A DNA stretch of 64,000 bases from the NCBI RefSeq assembly GCF_044704955.1, contig NC_091984.1:179242001-179306000 (forward strand). The letters are read 5' to 3'. The notes under the pieces are model-generated. The model was not told the DNA's origin. It did not search any database and saw only the letters and a list, made by a program, of their open reading frames with translations. Shown here one piece after another: positions 39,725 through 51,944 of the stretch. The translations under genes and the position numbers were made by a program. Origin of the DNA: Pristiophorus japonicus (Eukaryota). Positions within the stretch are counted from its first letter, which is position 1, and each line of letters starts with the position of its first letter.

Positions 39725-42700
39725 GTCGCAGCAGATTGGGAAACTGCAAATGTAATGCCCTTATTTAAAAAAGGAGTCAGACAAAAAGCAGCAAACTATA
39801 GATCAGTGAGCCTAACATCTGTGGTTGGGAAAATGTTGGAGTGCATTATTAAAGGAGCAGTAGCAGGACATTTGGAAAAGCAAAATTCAGTCAGGCAGAG
39901 TCAGCATAGATTTATGAAGGCGAAGTCATATTTGACAAAATTGCTGGAGTTCTTTAAGGATGTAACGAACAGGATGGATAAAAGGGAAACCAGTGAATGT
40001 GGTGTATTTGGACTTCCAGGAGGCATTTTACAAGGTGCTACATAAAAGGATACTGCACAAGATAAAAGTTCACGGGGTTAGGGGTAATATGTTAGCATGG
40101 ATAGAGGAGTGGCTAACTAACAGCGAACAGAGAGTCGGGATAAATGGTTCATTCTCTGGTTGGCAACCAGTAACTAGTGGGGTGCCACAGAGATCAATGC
40201 TGGAACCCCAACTATTTACAATCTATATTAACGACTTGGGAGAAGGGACTGAGTGTAACTTACCAAGTTTGCTGACGATACAAAGATGGGAGGAAAAGCA
40301 AAGTGTGAGGAGGACACAAAAATCTGCAAAGGGATATAGACAGCCTAAGTGAGTGGGCAAAAATTTGGCAGATGGAGTATAATGTTGGAAAGTGTGAGGT
40401 CATGCACTTTGGCAGAAAAAAAATCAAAGAGCAAGTTATTATTTAAATGGAGAAAGATTGCAAAGTGCCACAGTACGGCACGACCTGGGGGTACTTGTGC
40501 ATGAAACACAAAGGATAGTATGCAGGTACAGCAAGTGATCAGGAAGGCCAATGGAAAGTTGGCCTTTATTGCAAAGAAGATGGAGTATAAAAGCACGCAA
40601 GTCTTGCTACAGCTATACAAGGTATTGGTGAGGCCACATCTGGCATGCTGCGTGCAGTTTTGGTTTGCATATTTACGAAAGATATACTCGCTTTGGAGGC
40701 AGTTCAGAGAAGGTTCACAAGTATGATTCCGGGGATGAGGGGGTTGACTTATGAGGAAAGTTTGAATAGGTTGGGCCTCTATTCATTGGAATTCAGAGGA
40801 ATGCGAGGTGATCTTATCGAAATGTATAAGATTATGAGGAGGCTTGACAACGTGGATGCAGAGAGCGTGTTTCTACTGATGGGAATACTAGAACTAGCAT
40901 GATCTTAGAATAAGGGGCCACCCATTTATAACAGATATGGAAAAGTTTCTTCTCTCAGAGGGTTGTAAATCTATATAATTCGCTGCCTCAGAGAGCTGCA
41001 AAAGCCGGAACATTGAATACATTTAAGACAGAAATAGACAGTTTCTTAAACGATAAGGGGTAAGATATTACGGGAAGTGCAGCTGAGTCCATGATCAGAT
41101 CAGCCAGGATCTTATTGAATGGTGGTGTAGGCTCGAGGGGCAGTATGGGCTATTCCTGTTCCTATTTCTTATGCTCTTATGTTCTTTGTCTTACTGATGT
41201 TTAATGTAAGACCGAGACTCTCGGACTCTTTAGTGAAGGTCGCAATGATGGTTTGGAGTTCGAACTCCAAACATGCACAAACGCACATGTCATCTGCATA
41301 TTGCAAATGAATGACAGAGATCGGAACAACCTTGAGTCTGAACTGGAGGCGTTGGAGGTTGAACAATTTCCCGCTTGTCCTGTAGATTAACTCGGCTCCA
41401 GGTGGGAGTTTGTTGAAGATAAGATGATGCATTGCAGCGAGGATAATTGAGAATAGCGTTGGTGTGAAGACACAGCTTTGCTTAACCCCGGTCTGCACTT
41501 GTATTCGTTCTGAGGTGGATCCGTTGGTAAGAATCACAGCTTGTATGTCATTGTGAAACAGTCGGAGATGGTGACAATTTTTTGAGGACAGCCGAATTTG
41601 AGAAGACACTCCATAATCGCTCACAGTTGACAGAACCAAAGGCCTTTGTAAGGTTAAAGAAAGCCTTGTACAGAGGTTGATGCTGCACCCTATATTTTGC
41701 TTGGATTTGTCGCCCATTGAAGATCATGTCCGTTGTTGCCCTTAGTGGGCAGAATCTGCATTGCGATTCTGGGAGGAGCTCTTCAGCCACTGCGAGGAGA
41801 TGATTGAGAATGATTCTTGCAATTAGTTTCCCTGTGGTAGGCAGCAGGGAAACTCCTGTGTAATTACCACAGTCGGACTTGTTACCTTTCTTGAAGATGG
41901 TCACGCTTACAGAGTCTCTGTGACCCCCTGGCATGCTCTTCTCCTTCCAGATAAGAGAGATGAGGTCGTGGATTCGTGCCAAGAGCACTTCCCTGCCATG
42001 CTTTAATACTTCGGTGTGGATTCGATCTGCTCCCGAGGCCTTGTTGTTTTTTAGTAGTTGGATGACTTTTTCAACCTCATACCTGGCTAAGATTGTGCTG
42101 AGGTGGCAATAGGTGGTATGCTGTCGGATGGATTCAAGCACACTCACATCAAAGACAGTGTCTTGGTTCAGGAGATCGTCAAAGTGCTCCTTCCAGCGGG
42201 CACTGACTGCCACTCTGTCCTTGATGAGCACCTCTTTGCTCTTGGCTCTAAATGGAATAGGAACTTGAGTGCTTGGGCAGTAGGTTGTCTTGACTGCACT
42301 AAAAATCCCATGCACACCTTGATTGTCGGCTAGTTTATGGATATCCCGTACTATTTTCACCCATCATCTGTTCTTTAGGTCCCGAGTTTTTTGTTGGAGC
42401 TTGGCCTTCAGTTGGCCTATAGATCTGATTTCTTTCGCTCGAGTTGTGATGTTGTTTCCCATTCAAAAATGCCTTGCGTTTGGAGTTTAATTGCTCCTGG
42501 ATCTCCTGGTTGTTCTCATCGAACCAGCCTTGATATTTACTGGTAGAGTGACCAAGAGTCTTTCCGCAGGTGCTAATTATGTTGCAGTTGAGGACAGACC
42601 AGGCACTATCGACACTCTGGTAGTCGTCTCGTTGACTGAGGCATTGGCTGAAGAGCACTTTATTTGCAGGGTCTTTGAGTGCTTCAGCATTAATTATTTT

Positions 42701-43439
42701 GTGGTAGCATTTCTGTTGTCCCTGCCGTTTTGAGGCTATGTTGAAGGCGATGACAGAGCAGGTGAAGCGTGGTCAGTCCAGCAGTCATCAGTTCCTGTTA
42801 TGGTGTGAGTGATGTGGATGGCCTTGTGGTCCCTCGCTCCGATGATGATGTAGTCTAGCAGATGTCAGTGCCCGGAGTGAGGGTGTAGCCAGGAAGTCTT
42901 GTATTTGTCTGTCAGACGAAACAAGATGCTGGTTATGACAAGACCATGTTCTGAGCATTTCGTCAGGAAGGAGATACCATTGGATTTGGGATTCCCTACC
43001 CCTGCCCTGCCAATCACCCATCTCCAAAGGTCTGTCGACAATATATAAAGAGGAAAGGTTTCCAGTTTACAAAGCGAGTTGTTATAATGTGGAAATCATT
43101 GCCTGAAAAGGTGGTCGAAGCAAATTCAATAGTTATTTTTAAAAGTGTATTGGATAAATACCTTGAAAAATAAAAATGTGCTGGGCTATGGGGAAGGAGC
43201 AGGTGAGTGGGATAAATTTGATATTTATTTCAAACAGCGGGCACCGAATAATACAGCTAGACCGAATGGCCACCTTCTATGCTGTATGATTCTACGATTC
43301 TATGATTCTATGACTCTATGGAAAAAAGACATATTGTATCAAAGAAGATGAAGCAAATCTAATGTATATATCATTAAATTAGCGACCCGTAATATTAACA
43401 TATGATATCCAAAAGTCGAAAATATTCCTTGTTCAGCCT

Positions 43440-45800
43440 GATGTGTATTGCCATTTGTTCCCGGGATATGGGCAACAATGACCAGGCCAAATGTGTTTCT
43501 CATCAGTACATCTTCTGAAAGGTTGCTGGAAGACCTTCAGCTCGAAGCTCTGCAATTGTTATAATGATGGTGCTCCCATGCTGATATTGGGTGAGGAATC
43601 TCAGGCGATTGACCCAGTGATATTGAAAGCCCCGATATATTCCAAGTTAGGATGATGTATGGGTTGGACGCGAACCTGGATGTGATGGTGTTTGCACAAC
43701 ATTGTTGTTTTGTTTCTCCAGGAGTAAAAGTTGCAGAGCTGGAATGTGCGATCAAATTAGCCGTGGCAACTTGCTGCAGTTCATTTTGAAGCTCTAACAT
43801 AATGCTGCTACAGTGCGCCAATGATGAGGTAGGTATTCAGCTCAATGGCAGCAGCCCAGATCAAGGGAACTGTTCTCCAGTGTTGTTGGGCCTTCACCCA
43901 TCCAGACAAGTGGTGACGATTCTATCGCCTTGTTCACTTGACTCCATCAATGGTCCATAGGCTTTCTGGAGACATGAGGTTTGTCACTCGTAACAGAAAA
44001 CCTAGCCTCTACCCTACTCTTGCAACTACTGACAGACTGGGCTGGTGATTTAACTCTTCGATATTCCGACTGCTGCGTGTTACGTTTGTGTATTATACAT
44101 CTTTTGTACCCCTTTAGGTCAGTGTCAATGACACTCTCATCAGTAAACCACCCTCCTCTAGGAAACAGCGTGCGTCTTTATCTGCCTAATATATCAATGA
44201 GAATTTGTGTCCCGGGATTGAACAGAAAACCCGATTGCTATGGCTGACTTCCTTTGTAATTCTGCTCCATTTCTCAGTTATTGGTAAACACTATTTGCAG
44301 TTGAGCTAAATTTGCAGTGCAGCAAAACTGCTAGTCAGAGGAGGTATATCTCCTTCGATGTAATGCAACAGCAGCGATTCGAAACCAACTTATTCACTGT
44401 CCCAGTCCAGGTGGATAATGCATCTAATTCAATGAAAATATAATATAATGCAGGCATTATTCAGTCATCTTGAACCACTACAGTCCATGTGGGGAACTTA
44501 CTTCCACAGTGCTGTTCGGTAGAAATTTCCAGGATTTTGTTCCAGCGACGATGAAGAAATGGCAATATATTTCCAAGTCAGAATGGTGTGTAATTTGGAG
44601 GGGAACTTGGAGTTGATGGTGTTCTCATTTGCCTGTTACCCTTATCCTTCTAGGTGGTAAAGTGCCTCAGTTTGGGAACAGCTGCTGAAGAATAGTTGGC
44701 GAGATGCTGCAGTGCATCGTGTAGATGATACACATTGCAGCCACGATGTGCCATTGGTGGAGGGAGTGAATGTTTAAGATGGTAGGTGGGGAGCCAATCA
44801 AAGCGGGCTGCTTTTTCCTGGATGGTGTTGAGCTTCTTGAGTGTTGTTGGAGCTGCACTCATCAGGCAAGTAGAGAATATTCCATCACACTCCTGACTTG
44901 TGGCTTGTAGATGATTGAAAGGATTTGGGGAGTCAGGAGGTGAATCAATCGCAGCAGAATACCCATCCCCTGACCCGCTCTTATTCCCAAAGTATGTATA
45001 TGGCTGGTCCAGTTAATTTTCAGGTCAATGGTAAAACCCAGGATGTTGATTGGGGAGATTCAACGTTGATAATCCCGTTGAATATCAAGGGGCGGTAGTT
45101 GGAATCTCGCTTGTTGGAGATAGTCATTGCCTGGCACTTGTGTTGCGTGAATATTACTTGCTACTTATCAGCCCAAGCCTGGATGCCGTCCAGGTATTGC
45201 TGCGTTTGGGAATCAACTGCTATATTAACTGAGGTGTTGTGAATGAAACTGAAAACTGTACAATCATCAGCGAACATCCCCACTTCTGACCATATGATGG
45301 AAGAAAGTTCATTCATGAAGCAGCTGAGGCTGGTTGTGCCTAGGAAACTGCCCTGAGAAGCGTCTGCAGTGATGTCCTGGGGCTGAGGTAATTGACTTCC
45401 ATACTTCTGGCTTGAGATATTTGCAAACGCTTTAGCATTGTCTTTTGCACTTGCGTGCTCTACACGACCATCATTGAGGTTGAAGATATTCATATGGCCT
45501 CCTCCTCCTGTTACTTTCTTTTACTGTCCGCCATGACTCACGACAGGATGTGGCAGGATTGCAAAGCTTTGGTCTAATCCATTGGTTGTGGGGTTGCTTA
45601 GCTCTATCTATAGCATGCTGCGTCTGGTGTTTAGCATGTATGTACTCCTGTGTTGCAGCTTCCCCAGGTTGGCACCTCATTTTCAGGTACGCTTGGTGCT
45701 GTTCCTGGCATGCTCTTCTGCACTCCTCACTGAATCAGGGTTTGTCCTTTGGTTTATATCAATGGTAGTGTGAGGGAAATACTGGGCCATGAAGTTACAT
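43440..45800 (-). mobile_element. Old CR1-superclade LINE fragments
   Basis: 'SAAPTTLKKLNTIQEKAAR' and 'GMFADDCTVF' RT motifs; same family as 60965-62065. Confidence 0.7.
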
Positions 45801-47102
45801 ATTGGGGTGCAATGGACACCTCAATCACTTTGCTGCTCAACATCTGATAGTCTCTCAACATTAAGGAAATATTCTGACTTGTCTTTCTCAGTTCCAAAGT
45901 GGAAGTCCTTACACTGTCGACATTGAATTTCATCTGTCATAGTTTTGCTAATTCATTTAATTTATCTATGCAATGTCATTCTCTCCATAACAAAACATAT
46001 TGCAGTTCACAGCGTTGCGTTATCTGCCAACTTGGATACAGAACTCGAAATTTCTATATGCAAGTCATTAATTTACATGATGAAATACTAATCCCCATTA
46101 TAGATCCCAGAGAAACGCCATTTGCCACAGGCCACCAATCAGAGAACAGTCTCTTTAATCATACCCTCTGTCTCCTACCTCACAAATAATTGCCAACGCA
46201 TATTTCCAAATAAATTATATTAATGCGCACTGTATTCCAGGTGTGGTCAAACCTAGGCTTGACATAATTTTAACATTACCGTTCTAATTTCTGTTCCATT
46301 CTTCTGCAAATGAAACCTAGTACTGTGCAAGCAGTCTTTATGATCTTAACTGCTTGCGTTGCTACTCTAAGCGATTTATGTATCTGTATCCCGCAATTAA
46401 TCTGAACAAAGAATACCCTGCACTATTTGGATACCGTGTTTGTGATTAGTGTAAAGGAGATTTTAAAAAGCCCGATTGGTATCTGGGCTGGCTTCAGTCA
46501 AAGACGTCCGCGAATCTGCAGTTATTACGGTTTAAGCTGCCAATAGCACCAGCTTCAATATAACGATTAATGACCAATGAATTAGATCGTTTGGGAAACA
46601 ATCATGCTTTGCCAGAAACAGTATCGCGATATCCAAAAGGGAGGCGGTCACTGAGTTGTTCCAGAAATTGAGTAACCAGCTGATTTAAAAGAAGTTATTG
46701 GAACTGTTCTCAGATTAACACGGATACGTGGTTCAGCTCATTCCCCACACGGAAAAAATTCAGACAGGTCCATTTTCAAAAAGATTTGTCAGATTTCTTT
46801 CATGAAATGTCAAACTTTAGTCACCCATCTTGCCTGTAATCTCACTATTCCACCTGATATCACTGCCTCTAAATACAATGAAGAGAATGCCACTTAGCAT
46901 AAAACCTCATCGTTTACGCAGATTTAGAACGTTTCTATGAATTGGCACAGAGATATCATCAGAAAAGAAGAACTCCTGCGGAAATAATAGAAGGGTAATT
47001 TTATAACTCTGTGATATTTGTAAGTTTACACTGAAGATTTGATCTGTTGTTGTGACTGGAAATGAATCACTTAACATTAAACGTTAATGTCCGAATATAG
47101 GA

Positions 47103-47108
47103 TTTATT
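47103..47108 (-). terminator. polyA signal of the IgL gene
   Basis: AATAAA on the minus strand ~50 nt after the C-exon stop; same position in the paralog (56540-56545). Confidence 0.8.
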
Positions 47109-47159
47109 TGAAAGAAACTTTACTAGTGGCACATCAAAGCAATGCATACGATTTTTGAA

Positions 47160-47482
47160 TCAGATACAGCTGGATCTGGCAATACTTGTTTGAACCGGGT
47201 TTGCCTGACTCTCGTGTTTAACTACACAGGCGTAAAGTTCGTGTGAGTTCCATTCTGAGGCTGACAGAGTCAGATAACTGCTCACACTGAATGTGTTGTC
47301 CGTCTCCTGTTGGATCCGACTGGTCTCAACACCATTCCCTCTCACACTGCCATCGACAGTCCACTCAATCTCCACAGCGCCCGGGTTAAAGCCGTTCACC
47401 AAACACACCAGGGTCGCCGTGTTCTTTGCCGTAATTTGATCCGATGAAGGTGGAAGGACAGACACTGAGGGGCCCCGCGGAT
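47160..47482 (-). CDS. IGLC: Ig lambda-type (type II) light chain constant exon
   Basis: Acceptor TTTTGCAG; phase-1 start (N)PRGPSVSVLPPSSDQITAKNTATLVC...W...YACVVKH...RSSCI*; canonical Cys/Trp and C-terminal Cys. Confidence 0.96.
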
Positions 47483-48504
47483 CTGCAAAATAAATGAAAG
47501 TTTCCATTAATCATGGACATAATAATTCTGAATCAATGTGTTATTCTCTTCAGTTATTTGACAATTCGGCGTCACTGTACAAATGTATGAGCAATTTAAC
47601 ACAATGGAACTTCAGCAATGTGAATTGCACAATGACAGAGGCTTGCCGTCCTAGAAATTATGCAACCTAAGAATAATTTCATATTTTAGATGCATGGAAA
47701 GGGACTGATAAAAAATATTTTAAGGAAATACAATGCAAGCTAATTGAATATAACCTTCAAAGTCATCAAATTTATTTCAATTTACTCCAATTTCCTTTCA
47801 ACATTGAAGTTCAGCTTGTTGCTAGGAATATATCGACATTTGTGACAGAATACGTGTCAGAAAAATAAAACAGAAAAATAAACTGCTACCCAATATTTCT
47901 TTGAATTATACTGATCGAACTCAACCTATCCCAAAAAATTTCGTCCCAACAGCTGCGGATTTAACAAGAAAGTATAAAGCATAAAGGGCCGAATTTGGGT
48001 TAAATATTCCAACCATTGCTGACATCAAAGACACTGCAATATTTAGCTCAAAACATTCCCTTGTAATCAATTTACTGCTAATCTCGGTGCTTTGCTTCTG
48101 TTCGAGTTTTGCACTAATATTGACGGATGTAGTATATATTATATTGGACTAATTTTAGGCTTATGGGCAATCACTGCTCGACTATGGGCAAGCTCTACTC
48201 GGCTGCCGGTTTCGATAACGTTCCCGCCCTGTCGGATGATGACTATATTATGTAAACCTTCAAAAGACTGTCCCAGTAATTCTATCACACTCGATATACG
48301 CTGATTGGAGACAGATCCCGGGTCAGACTTTCAAAAATATACCTTTTCACTAAAGGCAAACTATTTCCAACAAATAACGGCTGTTATTGGAAACAATTAT
48401 ATCAGTATTATACAAAAAAACCCCAACAATAACCTCAATATGAAAGTAATAATGTTAAAAATGACCCGACAATATTTATCCGTCATCCAACCTCAATGGA
48501 AAAC

Positions 48505-48680
48505 CCTGTCCTGTTATCACATTGCTGTTTGTGCGAGTTTGCGGTGTGCAAATTGGCTGTAGTGTTTCCCACATTACAACAGTGACTACACTTCAAAAAT
48601 ACTTATTTGACTGTAAAACGGGTTTGGACACCGAGAGGTCGGGCAAGATACTGTGTAAATGCAAGTTCACTTTTCCTTTT
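48505..48680 (+). mobile_element. Deu-type (SacSINE1-like) SINE 3' fragment in the J-C intron
   Basis: Similar to the 3' half of 59480-59888. Confidence 0.6.
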
Positions 48681-50666
48681 CTTATTACCACGACTATGAA
48701 ATATAACCCAGAATAAAAATGTTGAAGGCAGTCTGTCGCAATCCTTTGTCCCTTAAAATGACAGTTCGCACCGACTATGTATTACAAACATCAGATGCCA
48801 ATGACAACCTTTCGGTAAAATGGCTTATTAAATGAAAAGCACCGACGACAAGGATGAAATATGAATATTTTTTCAATGATAGAATTAGGTATCTGAGGCG
48901 CGGCCGCTGCAAATTGTTCTGCTATTGACGTGCTGTGCCAACCACAGCGGCGAGCCGCACCAATATCAAATTCTGAGATGTTCGTCCTACAACATCGCCT
49001 TTCTTCCTTTCCTTTCAATTTGGAGGCAGCGAATGCGAGTCTTCATGACAATGACCAACCTCTATTATCTCAGTTGTTATAATCGTCCTGCAACATGGGA
49101 GTATAGCCGAATTATCTGTTACTGAAATATCTGGAGTCCGGTGGAATTATTAAGCATGTTTTACAGTCAGTTTAGATTATTGGACACCCGCCAGGAGTTT
49201 GACAGCTAACTCTCTTTACACTGGTTTGGAATGTATTTTTCCAGATATAAATTCTCAATGGAATAAGTTATAATGTAATTGAGGATTTTTGCTGTTTTAT
49301 ATTTCATGTTAACTCATTCCATAATGAAGCAGTCGAATAACCAAGTTAAAATTTTGATAGAGTATCCGCATGTTTTGCAATCGTACTATTCTCGCTGACA
49401 CGAATCACAGTTCTAGCAGCAACGCGCAATGGAGTGAATACAAAGACTGGCGCAGTCATCTGAAATTGTATTCCGAGACATTCACACAAAATTGATCGGA
49501 TAGGAAATATTGTGTCCGTGTCTTGTTAAAATTTAAACATCCTATCAATCATTGATGTTTGTTAATGTATGCAGAAAATCGATCAGTGTTAATGATTATT
49601 AATAGCTGAACTGAGCGCAACAGTGTGATTATTAAAGTCGTCGGGGATTAATGTGAAATGTAGGACTGAACGGGGTTCCTGAGATTGGAGACAAGTGGAA
49701 GAGAGTTACAGCAAGTCGCCACACTAGCCCCCTGCAATCTTAATCCGAGAATGATTATTAAATCGCGAAACTACTTTAATGGGAATGAAAACGTTATCTT
49801 GTGAAACTTTTGAATTGGTGCTTTTAGCATTTTACCAACAATTAATTCCAGCGGATTGTAGCGACCGGGTTTAAAACGATGTAAAAGACTATGCGGCTCT
49901 GATTGCATCAGAAAGATTCCGATCGTGCCAGTCCCAGCTGTTTGTACGTATATTTCCTTTAGTCTGTGTTCCCGACACTTTTTGTCCTTTTTCAAATAGT
50001 TATCTACTTCCCTTTTTAAACGCTACCATGGCTGTTGCTCACTCCACTCCTGCAGGCAGGGTACTGCATGTCCTAACAATCGCTCCTGTCGAGAAAAATA
50101 TCCTAACGTCTCCCTCGTCATTGCGGCAAATGATTGTTAAATGTATGTCCTCTCTTTACCGACTGACTGATTAGTGACAATAGTTTTTTTTAATTCGCTG
50201 TAACGAAATGGCTCAAAATTCTGAACACTTCCTGCAGATCACACCATAAGCTTCGGTGAAAAGAGCTTCTCCCGTCTCCTCACCTAGCTAGAACCTCGCA
50301 GCAGAGGTAACATCTTTATCAATTACCCCTGTACCCTTTCCAAGTCTTTAACACCCGCCCTAGAGTCGGGTGCCCTTTGTGCCTGGCTCTTTCTTAAACA
50401 CCATTGGATGCTGATTAACAAGTTCTGTATAAACAATCTTGACCTAAACTGATTTAGTATACCAAGAATAAGGTTTTACGGGCGTCCATAATGTTACAAA
50501 TTTTAGGCGACCGCTTGATGAGTGCTTTGTAAACCAAATAAACAAATTAATTGCTATAATCATATACACTCGGACACTTATATATTTCTCCCGGGGATGT
50601 ACGACCAAAATCGAAAAACTGGTATTTGACATATCCTAAGTTGCACGCTGCCAATAATTTACTTAC

Positions 50667-51008
50667 TGCTCAGATTCAGCTTGGTTCCTTTCCCGAAAGT
50701 GAATCTATCGCCGGACCACACAGCGCAGTAATAATCGGCGGCGTCCTCGGACAACGGGTTAGTGATGGTTAAATGCATCTTGTTACTCGATGAGTCCACA
50801 GACGCGCTGAATCGATCTGGAATTCCAGAACCTCTAGTGGACCCTTCGTACCAAACAAACACAGGGGCACTGCCGGGTTTCTGCCAGTACCAGCTCGTGT
50901 ACCAGCTACCTATGTTGCCTCCCGATAGGGTACAGGTTATCTTGACGGTTCTCCCCGGGGAGGTTGAGATGGATGCGATCTGAGTCAGGACAGGATCCGC
51001 GTTTGTAC
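50667..51008 (-). CDS. IGLV: Ig lambda-type light chain germline-joined VJ exon
   Basis: Acceptor TTTCACCAG; STNA-DPVLTQ...ITC...WYWQKPG...DYYC-AVWSGDRFT-FGKGTKLNLS; donor GTAAGT; 342 nt, open and in phase; no RSS. Confidence 0.96.
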
Positions 51009-51140
51009 CTGGTGAAATAACAAGTAATTCAACAGTCGAACGTTCTGGAAATCTGAATATTGAGAGTCGTTCAACACAACCACAAAAAAATCAGATAAAT
51101 ATAAAAAGCAGCGATATTAATGGTAAAGTCCTGTACTTAC

Positions 51141-51189
51141 TGTGGAGAAAGATCGTCAGTGCGGCGAGAAACCGAACCCATTCCATCAT
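51141..51189 (-). CDS. IgL leader exon
   Basis: ATG ATG GAA TGG... MMEWVRFLAALTIFLH plus phase-1 donor GTAAGT; in frame with the VJ exon. Confidence 0.92.
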
Positions 51190-51285
51190 GATGAAGGTTG
51201 TGGCAACGGTCAGAAGTAAAATTATTTCTGAGGCTCTTTCTCAGCCTCTCCTTAAGACGTTTCAAACATCGCAACGTCATTGAAT

Positions 51286-51293
51286 ATGCAAAT
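51286..51293 (-). promoter_or_regulatory. Ig promoter octamer ATTTGCAT
   Basis: About 97 nt upstream of the ATG, in light-chain orientation; flanked by CRE-like TGACGT motifs (~51274-51279 and ~51303-51308). Confidence 0.88.
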
Positions 51294-51944
51294 ATTCGGT
51301 CACGTCACTTAGCCTATCGGATCATAGCTCCTGTGCTGACTGACAGTCGCACAATCCAATCATTTGAAAAAAATGAGAAATAACGAGTTAAAGCCATAGA
51401 ATAGAACATGGGAATAATAGAATATTGCAAACTAAAAGATGTGGGAAAACAGGGAGGAGCGATTAAGTCACTTTAGGCTTGGGGTTTTGGAGCAAGACGA
51501 TTGTAATAAAGCGGAAAGGCCGAGGGCAGTGAAGGGTTCGACTTCTCAGAAATAGAGCCAGATAGATAGAGCGATATACAGAGAGAGAGATTGGATAGAG
51601 AGTTAAACATTGTGAGAAAAACATGGATGATTTACCGGAGTTTTGTCAATTGTTCTGAGAGTTCTATTTATGCTCACATGAGAAAGTGAGGTGCAGAATG
51701 GCGGTGTATGGAAGGAGTAAAGCTGACTGAATCAAATGAAACATTTGTTTGTTTCCACTTGTGATAGATATACAAAACTGCTTTGCGTGTAAGGGTGCGC
51801 GATGTCATTGTTAAACCATTGAACTGAATTCCATTGCTTCCTACTTGAATGCAAGAGTTAATTCTTAAAAATGGCCATACTTTAAATGTCTTAGCTTTAT
51901 TTCACAGCACGATTTCACTATATGTGTCTTTCAAGGATTGGGAG

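Larger units (their letters stand above)
32040..41186 (+). mobile_element. Full-length decayed CR1 LINE (A) carrying two nested CR1s
   Basis: 5' UTR, ORF1 zinc-finger/esterase remnant (~32360-33340), ORF2 endonuclease 'LCLNARSICNK' and RT parts at 34946-35600 and 39725-41000; (TTCTTATG)n tail. Confidence 0.88.
31150..43030 (-). mobile_element. RTE-clade LINE split by CR1 insertions (RTE parts ~31150-32036 and ~41184-43030)
   Basis: 'FEDQDLKPGTKLMVYRAVVIPALLY', 'QLRWAGHIVHMP', 'QYADD', 'KSDCGNYTGVSLL' RTE ORF motifs in collinear order across the insert. Confidence 0.85.
45860..47590. repeat. IgL C region and flanks, duplicated at ~55270-57035
   Basis: Collinear similarity across the 3' flank, C exon and the C-proximal ~100 nt of intron. 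Confidence 0.88.

Noticed and set aside
44460-45380. Similarity to 61030-61960 as proof of cluster duplication
   Set aside because: Both are copies of a common LINE family with different extents and could be independent insertions.
50690-50730. RSS or a separate J segment
   Set aside because: No CACAGTG/ACAAAAACC pair here; V runs directly into FGKG.
50659-50862. ORF-track 67-aa protein as the V gene
   Set aside because: It is an internal piece of the spliced VJ exon 50667-51008.
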